Origin: Tubulanus polymorphus
Taxonomy: Eukaryota > Animalia > Nemertea
Assembly: GCF_964204645.1 (NCBI RefSeq)
Contig: NC_134030.1
Span: 21,722,210-21,786,209, forward strand
DNA length: 64,000 nucleotides
Direction: 5' to 3'
Shown here: positions 54,501 through 64,000 of the stretch, in pieces
How the letters are laid out: the number at the start of each line of letters is the position of its first letter
Position numbering within the stretch: the first letter of the stretch is position 1
The notes under the pieces: generated by a model
What the model saw: the letters and a program-made list of their open reading frames with translations, nothing else
Databases searched by the model: none
Told to the model about the DNA's origin: nothing
Position numbers and translations under genes: made by a program

Positions 54501-57500
54501 GTTTCGGTAAATTATAAATTCTCGTTTCACTGAATATTAAGCTTTTTATTAAATAATTCAATCTAAATTTTGAATAATAATTGTTTGTTCTGTTTGAATA
54601 GGAGATGAAATTGACAGTGAAACAAATACAACTGAACTGACAGAAATAGGTGAATATAAAAAAGATTCAGATAAACAAAATCATTGAGTTCATTGAAGAT
54701 GAAATTAATCAGATCTCCAGAGGCATCAGTTTTGATTCAGAGTAATGTAAAATAAAAGTGTTTGAAAGACGTCGTCACTGTTTGATTGTTCACAGATTGT
54801 ATCTATGTGAAAATTTAATTTGTTTATAGTTACTGAGTGTTTGGGTGAATGCACTAAAACAATGCGTGATAAATGGAGTTCTGGTGAGTACCCCTCATCA
54901 GTACTTCTCGTGAGTACATCTCATGAGTACCAATTATGAGTACCCCTCATCAGTACTTCTGACTACCATATTCAAATAACTACCTGGCATCTTGGGTACG
55001 TCAAGTACAGGACTCAAATACAAATCGGAAATTGAGTACCCGCGAGTAACATATAGAAACCCGAAGTTTAGTGAGTTTAGTTATCTAACACTGATTAACA
55101 GTCCGGTACCTGAATAAAGACGTTTCCAGTTTCAAGGCGCCAGTGAGTTTCTAGTGAAATGGCGGTGCGCAGTGGGAGGCCCCTTTTTCGCGTAATCTCG
55201 AACTCAAGCGGTTACAAATTAGTCGTCAGGAAAGATATTCAAAGAATCTTAATGCAGGCCCAAACTGCAAATAACCCTCTTTAACCTCTGTGAAAATTGG
55301 AAATATAGCTTTAAGAGATACTTAGACATTTCAAAATTAATAAATATCGCGATTTCTTTTACGCACGGTTAAGATATGCGGTCCTTGGTTCAACATTGTC
55401 ACTGTTCTCAATGTTTGCGTTCAAAACATCCAAAAATCATGTATAAATGCTGTATAACTTAAGTTCATCGAGCAAGGGACTGCAGAACTATATGATATTC
55501 AATCTAAAGTTATGTTTGAAAAATGAGCGCAAATTATCGCAACAATGGGGACCTCGAGGGACCGCCACAAAATGACGCCTAGAAACTGGAAACCCTTTAT
55601 TATGACATTTAAATGATGCAATTCATTGATCAAGTTAAACTAGCAGTAAACTGGACCAGTCTGAATGACTAGTTTTCTTTAAGCTTTTATTTCATGTTTT
55701 AGTATTTTTAGACGATTTCAAGACCAACAAGATGATTGTAGATTCAGGTAAATATGGAAATTCATTCACAGGTAACAGATAAGACTCAATCTTGAATTGA
55801 AATAAACTGGTCCCTAAATCTTCAAACTGTTTAATAAAGTTTTCTAATTTAAATATCCATCTTTGAAATAAATATATAGCGAGTTTAGCCCGCCGCACAC
55901 GGCAAAACATTTGTTTCGCCGAAACAGAAAACACGTTTTTGAAAAACGTTTTTTGCTCGAGAAAAACGTTTTTCAGTTCGGCGTTTTGTGTTTTGCCTCC
56001 CCCGCACACGGCTCAACAAAAAAAAATCGAAAACGTTTTTTCAAGAGGAAAAAACATTTTTTTGGTGCCGTGTGCGTTGGGCTTTATTATTCAACTTAAA
56101 ATCTGTCTCTTGCACGTGCAAGTCACGGAGTAAACGTTTTAATTTCTTAGAGAATGTCATAGAGTTAACCATTAATTGTTGTTTCCAAATACAAATGTTT
56201 ACGACAAACCGCAGTCTTTAAAAATCTTAGTAAATAACAGCCAGGGGCTCTTAAACCTATCCTTAACATACAGGTTGAAAGATATTTTATAGAGAATGTT
56301 GCATTAAGTTTAGTTTGTTTGCACGAAATCATTTTAACCCAAAAATTAATGATTCTACGCTTTACAATTGTAGGAAAAATGCCAGGGGTATAAAAGTACA
56401 ATAGTAAATACAAGTAAAAGCTAGGAGTAATATACGACATCAAATCAGCCACGTTTTAGGAAATTTAAAGAGGGGGAACTTAGGGTACTAAAATACAACC
56501 AAATACAATAATTAGTTGGAAATAGAAAGAGATCATTGATAAAATGACTGATAATTAACGCATTCAACTTGAATCTATGTAAATAACTGAATTTTTTCCT
56601 ACGATGGTATTTTTCCTACTACACAATAAGTGGCATTTTTACCGGTGGCATTTTTCCTATGTCGCAAAAGTTTTAAAAGTTTCTAAATGTGTCTAAATTC
56701 GGAATGGTTTCGAGAAGTTCAGTAAGAAGGGTGCAATCAAAGAGAAAATGTAATTCATCCCCAGAAACATTGCAAATTGGGCACATTCTTTCATTTCTAG
56801 GGAGATGGAGATGTGAAGTTGTCCCGGGAAAAAATGTATCCAGAAAAATTATGTCCCAGGGAATAAGCGCCCTCGAAAAAAAATGTCCCTTTTCTAAGAA
56901 AGGAAAAAATGTCCCAGTCTATCATTTCAAATTTGGTAATTAAGAAAAATTTTATATAAAAAACATGAGAGTTCAAACTTGTTAATTATGTAAATTGCAC
57001 ACTAAACATCAAAAGAAAGAATTCATAAGTGATCATACGATCTATCAAATTTTAGTATCAGTTCGTTTTGCTTATTGAGAATTGTTGTCAACTCAGTAAG
57101 GAATCAAAACGATTATATCACTCTGGGTAATCCTAATAATCAAAATGTATGATTAGTGAATATCTCAGTGTATCAGCAAATGACCTGATTTCACTTAAAT
57201 TCATATTCGTAGAATTCGATAGATGATTCCATTAAGCTTAGATTGTTTGCCAGATAAAGTTTTACACCTAAAATCAATCATTCAACGCTTTACCTCAATG
57301 AACAAAGGATAACGCGCCCTAACTCTGCTAACACCGGTAAATACTTCGTCACTATCATTAGAATTTTGCAAAAATACATATTTTCTAATGAGTCCAAATT
57401 TTCATATCCGCATACCTCGCAACCATACATGGCAACAGGGGCAGCGCACATATCAAATAATTTAAACATTACGTAGATTGGAAGTTTCAGGCGCCTGCCC

Positions 57501-60500
57501 TTTTGAATAATCGAAAACATAGCTCTCATAGCTTTATCGTAAAGATATTTTCTTGCTTTTGCAAAACTTCCGTTCCAGTTAAATTTAACTCAGAGATACA
57601 CATTATCTTCAACTTCAATCTCCAATTCCCGATTACCGAACATAAATTTCTGAATTTGCTTAATTCTGGTTTTACTTCGCACAAAGACTAATATTTTCGT
57701 TTTATTGACGTTTATCCCGAGTTCAGATTTGCTATAAACGATTAAGTTGGGTTGCCACGGTCATTAAAAAAGTCCTAAATATCATTCAAAAATAAAAAAA
57801 AAAGGAATAGGCCACAGGTTTTCTTGTCCTTCTGTCTTGTCTATAATAATTTACGCATATGTCACTAATTTGCAATTTTTCCTTCAGCCCAGTACTGCCC
57901 CCTGGTGACTGTATGAGATGTAACTATTCTGTTATTTGTATTATAGAAGAGATTGTGAATGAGGTCAAACACGAATATTTTCAAACTGCCGAATTTAAAA
58001 GTAAGTTTCCAATAAAATCACAACCTGTTTTAACAACCAGAACTCAAATATTAATATCTGTATGTATTGTATTATTATTTATAGAATCAGTTGTGACTGC
58101 AGTGAATGAAGCTATCGATAATTCAGGTATTTATTGAATATCCTTCAAAAGTTTGAATTCTGTGATTGAATTGAGTTCAGTTTGGCTGAAGGCGCTTTCT
58201 TTAAATGTATAAACTTATATCTTACAGAAAAATCACAAACCGGCAAAACACCAAACTATGAAGCTGCAGGTTTGTAAAACTCTAATTTCTGTAAATGAAT
58301 TTGACCTGATGTGGTTGCTGCCCTGGACCGAATTTCATAGATTGGGGGGGGGGGGGCAAAATATTCCCCTGGACCCAGTTTTATAGACTGGTATTATCTT
58401 TAACACGGGAGTTAACTTAATTGAAAATGAATCAAGTTAGCCCCCCGGGTTAAAGTTAATACCAGTCTATAAAACCGACCCCTTGGCCCTGGAAACTTTT
58501 TGAAAATTGTCAGTCATCAACATAGTTTCTCAATGTTTCTTTGGTGGTTGTCAGCCTGTTTGAGGATTTTCCCCAAATGGATCATCCATTTATTACGTAT
58601 GCAAATAATTCAGAAAAATCCTCGAGTATGCTGATAATAGTTAGATCGAGTCCACTATGTAGAAAAAGAGTGGATGAAAATGTAGGCACCTGATAAAATT
58701 CATCCGGAGCAGAATTGAATTTTAAAAATCATTAAGGTGCGCACAATACGCATTATTATTTACCCCTCCCCCTTTTGTACACAAAAGTATGCAATTTAAT
58801 AAGACCCCCTTTGTACAATTTGATTTTTGAGTTTAACCCCCTCCCTACCCAAAATGCGTACCTAATAAATGGGTGACCCCTTAAAAGGTAACTTTGAACC
58901 CGCCCTATAAATGAAACTAGGCCCACGATTATGACCACAAAGATGAGGTAATTTTCAGTTGCTTTCCCTTCAGAATTTTATTCTATTATTTCAGTGAAGT
59001 GGATAGCTGTTGAAATGAAAGGTAGATTGACAGATAATAATACTCAATTTCGTGATGAATTTGTGTTGATGTTTACAAAAGAATTCTAATTTCAGGTTTC
59101 ACGGTTAAACCATCTGAAACATCATATGGTATGTAATATAATTGTTAAATACAGTTGATTATAATGGTCGCTGTTATCGTTTTTGTCACTGTCACTTTCC
59201 ACTCAACACGAACATAGAAATTCAGAGAAATTCAAATTCAATGAAAATACCATTTATAAATCGCCAAATTCATTATGTTGTCATATTTTTCATGTGTCCC
59301 AAAAGTGGCATAAGGGACTTTTACTATATTCATACATGTATCTTGTGTGGATGCCTCATCTGTCAGACAACTGGGCGGGAAGTTGAGTAACAATTCACTA
59401 AAAATCATGATGTGGCTGATTCGGGCCATACTAGAAAAAAAATTTTCTGTACGGCTAGAGCAACGATAAAAAATTTTCACAGTGGCCCTTTTGTTTTCCT
59501 GCGCGAGAATATAAAACTTTTAGAATTCTCGCGCGAGAAAACCAAAAAGGGCCACTGTGAAAATTTTTTTATCGTTGCTCTAGCCGTACAGAAGAATTTT
59601 TTAGTATGGCCCGATTCAGCCACCATACATAGAGGACTTGGGTATATGTTTTGTGGGTGCCTTTTATATCTATATATGTTGTATGGGTGCCTCATCTGTC
59701 AGCCAACTGGGCGGGATGTCGAGTAACAATTCATTTTTAAAATCTTGACATTTTTTCATTGGTCCCAATAGTGGCATAAAGGACTTTACTTATATCCATA
59801 TATCTTGTGTGCCTCATCAGTTAGTCAACTGAGCGGGAATTTGAGTAACAATTCACTAAAAATCCTGACGTTTATTTCAGAGCGTAATGAATTTGCTAGA
59901 CTTGCACGAGCAGCAGGTAATGCATAAATGATGTGTGTTAAAATTGATGCTATCGATTTTTATAATGTTTTATAATGTTATACGTAATTCAATTTGTTTC
60001 AGTAAAGAGGAAATCAAGAGAGTTGATAAATGAGATACGTGCTATAACAGATAAAGGTAATCAATATTGACTTCTATAAACATTTTACTGACTCAATAGT
60101 TCCAGATTCATGAATTCATGTTTCCACATTTATATATAACGTGTCTTATGGTCCCCAAACCGGGAAATCAGGAATTTCAGAAAAATATTCTTTAAATTTA
60201 TTTCGCGCTTCAACTTTCTTCGGCAATCTTTCTAGAAAATCACTTTCATCAACCGATCACCGGTAAAATGTTGACGTCACTGTAGTGTATGATGTTATCT
60301 GCTTAACTTCCATCTGAAAATGAAAATCACCCATGAAATACTCGGGTTTATTGACTTCATAAAATTATGAGAACTATCCTTAATTATGTTTTGAGTTCGA
60401 TCACAAACTTGTTTGGTCTTAACTTCTTTAGATTTGAAGTTGGTCTGATGCTACATGTGAATGATATTGATGTTTATAGTTTGGATGCATCAGTTTTTCA

Positions 60501-61560
60501 AGAATATTTCATTTCATTTTCAGAAAAATTAAAAAGTCTCGGTTTACTGGTAGATGATGAATCGAGTAAGTAAATTATACAGTCATCACTTTCTGTTGAT
60601 GCTACGATAACGAATGCATTTAATTTCACTTTTAGAAAAATCAAACAAAAAAGGTTTCCCGGAGTCGAGTAAGTAAATTGTACAGTCATCACTTTCTGCT
60701 TTAAACCATAATCAAATTACAATCGTTTGGGATGAAATTAAGTTTCCTTTTCGTTTATGAGAAATCTGAAGTATGATTAAACCGGTTTAATCTGGATTAG
60801 CGGGACACCAGGATGAAATTCATGTAGTTTGAGAAATCCGGATTTAAAATCGTATTCCATGAGATACTAGTTGATTATTAAATGAATATTAGTAACCGAA
60901 TCGAATCTGGATTAAACTGATCTCTTTCCCGCATGGCATTCATCGATCTACCGATCTATGTTTTCGGTAGATCATTAAACGTCAGTTCATTCCTTTGTCG
61001 GAGATCTCATAAATATGTATGTGGTGTAAGGAACACTTTGGACTTAATAAAGCACCAAGAAAAAATTCAAAGCTAATTCTAACTGAATCAGGGGTGGAAT
61101 TAGTTGAGGTATTATTAACCATTGTCACTGTTAACAGTAAAGCCGTAATTAGTTGATTTTTGCATTGTGCATTTTATGAAACAGACTGTAGCGGGTGATA
61201 TATAGTTGTATAAAAACAGTTACAAGCTGAACACATCTAAAACAGAGCAAACTCTAGGGGCTACTGATAAAGTATTGTGAATATAAGTTAAAGTTGACGG
61301 GTATCTACATTTAGGGAGTGTGCAGTTGTATTCGGTGTTTGGTTTATATTGTAGGGCTTAGTCGAAGGTATGAAACTGCTGGTAGATCAAGTATTGAACG
61401 GACATCGAGTAGTGATGGTGGGTCGCCTGGTGGTGGTTTAGGGAAATATGAAGATGAACCTAAAGGTGACTTGAGTCAAACTGCTGCTGATGATAGTCAC
61501 ACAAGTGATACCGTATCGAGTGGTGATCGTGACCAGGGTGATATCGGTACAGTAGTCTAG
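36548..61560 (+). CDS. Gene A copy 2 (complete, ~1310 aa, 52 exons): signal peptide, 3 Ig-like domains, D4, TM, microexon-built tail
   Basis: 36548-36662 (SP+RVKR), 38341-38631 (Ig: EGKTVSITC..YKCVAINSAG), 38731-39066, 39855-40190, 40675-40944, 41672-41770 (TM), 42910-42924, 42960-43034, 43115-43156, 44374-44418, 44558-44632, 44939-44986, 45221-45250, 45331-45381, 45467-45529, 45967-46050, 46419-46466, 46554-46592, 46776-46793, 46871-46918, 47011-47064, 47240-47287, 47509-47580, 48020-48049, 48579-48617, 48738-48893, 49506-49541, 49625-49642, 49777-49827, 50837-50914, 51097-51144, 51634-51717, 51933-51977, 52146-52199, 52767-52802, 53074-53091, 53928-53975, 54243-54347, 54429-54506, 54602-54649, 54830-54883, 55712-55747, 57947-58000, 58085-58126, 58228-58269, 58995-59021, 59096-59128, 59881-59916, 60003-60056, 60524-60565, 60636-60668, 61355-61560 (GTVV*). 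Sum 3933 nt = 1311 codons. Confidence 0.87.
37747..38388 (+). repeat. 82-bp tandem repeat (8 units) spanning the splice acceptor of the first Ig exon
   Basis: tttcag|CACC starts at 37767, 37849, 37931, 38013, 38095, 38177, 38259 and 38341. Confidence 0.95.
40308..40605 (+). repeat. ~51-bp tandem repeat with a Pol III B-box-like motif (GGTTCRAATCC), ~5 units; 2 units at ~1460-1560
   Basis: gtggcagagtctcacgatgtcatcaggttc(a/g)aatccctgc units. Confidence 0.75.
48119..48386. mobile_element. Palindromic MITE, copy-2 specific
   Basis: ctacggaaacggggacataat ... attatgtccccaggacgtttctgtag. Empty site in copy 1 at ~8833. Confidence 0.65.
49861..50792 (+). mobile_element. HINE/Helentron-type non-autonomous element
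   Basis: Begins tttttagccaactt..., has a subterminal inverted repeat (tgggact..agtccca) and a (gtcc)n microsatellite, and ends with a short hairpin plus ctagtttt. Inserted in T-rich sequence and absent from paralogous introns. A similar 3' end lies at ~16345-16371. Confidence 0.55.
53268..53662. mobile_element. hAT-like MITE
   Basis: caggggcggatct ... ggatccacccctg with similar 8-bp flanks (ggaggctt / tgcggctt). Truncated counterpart at 21985-22010. Confidence 0.6.
55112..55602. mobile_element. MITE with ~30-bp TIRs
   Basis: aataaagacgtttccagtttcaaggcgcca / tgacgcctagaaactggaaaccctttatt. Confidence 0.6.
55888..56082. mobile_element. PIF/Harbinger-like MITE
   Basis: gcccgccgcacacggca / tgccgtgtgcgttgggc flanked by ttta. 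Confidence 0.6.
57240..57712 (-). mobile_element. LINE (L2/CR1-like) ORF2 C-terminal fragment
   Basis: RAMFSIIQKGRRLKLP..KLFD...P..MYGCEVCGY...FCKIL...AELGR is typical post-RT LINE sequence. It overlaps the copy 1 fragment at ttctggttttacttcgcacaaa. Confidence 0.75.
59412..59623. mobile_element. ~210-bp near-perfect hairpin MITE
   Basis: gtggctgattcgggccatacta... / ...tagtatggcccgattcagccac. Only one arm remains in copy 1 (24702-24813). Confidence 0.7.
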
Positions 61561-64000
61561 TTCCAAGCCGTCGTACCCCAAAAGGTTTGATTTGACACTA
61601 AAATCAGTTGTCGGATTGCAAGAAACAGGAGTTAATCTCTATTTGACAGTTTATCATCAAACGTTGTAGGGAACCCGTGACAACGACTGGTATTCAGACT
61701 AGTACACAGGATTATAACCGCCAGTCTCTAGTGGTGGCAGGGGCTGGGTGGAATTGGGTGTAACTCACAACTGTGGAACTGTGTTTTGTATCACGCTATT
61801 ATCAAGATGTTTGTTAATCTCTTTTTGGGCTTGAATCATTTGAGATTTTATACGAAAGGAAAATGAAAAAGAGATGAACACAGTTTCTAATAAAATCATT
61901 GAAATCTTTATCTTTGTTATTTGGTTGTATGTAATTTCTGCGCTATTTGATTACTGTAGATCATTGATTAATTCATTAAGATCATCGATTAATAATTGCT
62001 GTAACAATTAATTGTAATTACATTAGTTGATTATAAAATATATTTTCTGCTTTATCTTTCATAAAAATCTGATTATATATTTCTCGTTTTTCCGCGTCGT
62101 ATCGAGAAAACTTCTCTTTGTTTTGCTGAAATCTGTGAAGGTTCACATTTGATTGTTTGACTTTTATTAGTCAAAATACTGAAATGTGCTAAAATATACA
62201 GTGCAACTGAAGTAGATGAAATTCAGTGTAACTGAATGATTGCAGTATTGTACCGTAGTTGTAACTATATCGAGCAGAAATAAATTGTAAACGAATTTGC
62301 ATTTCAATAAATTATCAGCGGTTGTTCTTGGGGAATATTAGGCCTACATTGTAGTCAAACTTACGCTGTATAACTGTATTTTGATACAATGTAACTGGTT
62401 TACTATTTTACTATACATAAAATATGTTTTAAGTTAAAAACTGTAAATATGCATCACTGATTGATTTACTGATTTGATAAGTTACTGCATTACTGATTGG
62501 TTTGATTGATCATTGAAAACTGTGATAAGTTTTATTCCATTTGAAAAAGTTTTAAAAAACTTCGTGCTGTATTTTTGCTAGAAATTGCTAACGATGTAAC
62601 GTGCTAATTCTATTCGCTTAAATAAATGAATTTATCTATGTAAATAAAGTCATTTATTTCTTTTCTATCAACTGCAGCCGGAGTAGAAGCGACCCCGGGT
62701 CGGGTGAGGTTGACACTTGGTCATCTCAAGTCTTACCAATAGCTTCCCGTTAACCCCAACTATAGCCGAATAGGACGCGAACCTAAAATCTTCGGTGTGC
62801 CAGCCGGGCACGCTAACCACTAGGCCATAGACAAATAGTTCTTCAACGGGTTTGTAAATGCGTCTGATCAGTGTGGTGAACATTTATCTGTGGTGACTAT
62901 CAGTCGGGTGTGTGGTGACTGATGACCATTCAGGTGCGGTGACTGGTGAGTCAGATGTGGAGACTCTATTCACTAACAGTGCCCGCTCTATCATTGTGTG
63001 TTACATCCTCGCTCCTTTATGAAACCATTGATGCGGTTTATAAGATCAGCTACACGCGGACTCCTGGTAAAACTTTGTGCTGTGTTTTTTGCTTTATTCG
63101 CTTAAATAAAAGAATTTATCTTTATAAATAAAGTCATTGTTTTCTTTTCTATCAACTCAACTGCAGCCGGAGTAGAACCGACCCCGGGTCGGATGAGGTT
63201 GACACTTGGTCATGTCCAATCTTACCAATAGCTTCCCGTTAACCCTAACTCTAGCCGAATTGGACGCGAACCTAAAATCTTCAGCGTGCCAGCCGAGCAC
63301 ACTAACCACTAGACCATACACCAGTAGTTTGTAAGTGCGTGTCTGGTCAGGTGTGGTGAACATTTATCTGTGGTGACTATCAGTCGGGTGTGTGGTGACT
63401 GGTGACCATTCAGGTGCGGTGACTGTCGAGTCAGATGTGGAGACACTATTCACTAACAGTGCCCGCTCTATCATTCTGTGTTACAGTTACAGCAGTTTCA
63501 ATGCAATTGTCAGAAAGTTCTAAGGAAGTCGTTTTGTCCTGCAGCTCCTAGAAGTTGCCTCTTTTTCCATAGATGAAGTAGTTAAAATTACACCTTGTAT
63601 CCATCTCTGACACTTCTGCCTTCGCGACGTCGTGAATGTATTTTACAATCTCTCGGAATTGATATCTTTTATTGTATTTCACTAAGAATTTCTAATTGAT
63701 ATCTAAAAGTTTGATAATTTTTGATTTTTCAGTTTCTAAAAATGTATACCTTATTTTGAGTGGAATGGATTGATTTTAGAGACCCGCAGTTTATGGAGCG
63801 TAGATGGATTATAAAAGTAATAGTTCATTGACTCCAATAGGTGTAAAATGCGATACATTGTTAAACCATTCTTGTCGTACGTGGCGTTGACCTCTTTTAC
63901 CCGACTGGTATTTCTTCACACCTAAAGGTGCTCGCACATGTCACCCGTTATATCAAACGAGCACCGATACCTCTTGTGAAAAAATCATGAAATTCAACGA
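61561..64000 (+). repeat. 3' UTR/intergenic duplicate of 27123-29110 (next unit of the A-B tandem array)
   Basis: Near-identical through the window end (gaaaaaatcatgaaattcaacga at ~29090 and ~63978). Includes a ~490-bp tandem duplication of the SINE region. Confidence 0.92.

Noticed and set aside
36548-61560. Assigning a known symbol (Dscam, nephrin, Alr, FREP)
   Set aside because: Domain count, tail and exon structure match none of these specifically; the similarity is only architectural.

Overview
AT-rich animal genomic DNA with GT-AG introns, probably a lophotrochozoan-type invertebrate judging from the repeat families (inference). The ORF track misses most of the coding content because the genes are split into tiny exons. 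Manual splice-site reading gives a head-to-tail array on the + strand: gene A copy 1 (5'-truncated, 34-27122), gene B (29839-33201) and gene A copy 2 (36548-61560). Then 61560-64000 repeats 27122-29110, implying another B copy just beyond the window. Gene A is a type I membrane Ig-superfamily receptor of about 1310 aa in copy 2: signal peptide plus RVKR, 3 Ig-like domains, a 4th membrane-proximal domain, TM and Cys cluster. Its 800-900 aa helical cytoplasmic tail is built from 46-53 small exons; all but the terminal one are symmetric phase-1 and 3n long (15-156 nt). It ends in a T-x-V PDZ-type motif. Gene B (about 380 aa) carries a paralog of A's third Ig domain and a tail of repeated YxxM/YxN motifs. 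The two A copies show exon gain, loss and block duplication, and in the regions compared the exons diverge faster than neighbouring introns. Introns hold BEL/Pao, LINE, SINE, MITE and HINE-like elements and several expanded minisatellites. All exon models are hand-built and lack transcript support.
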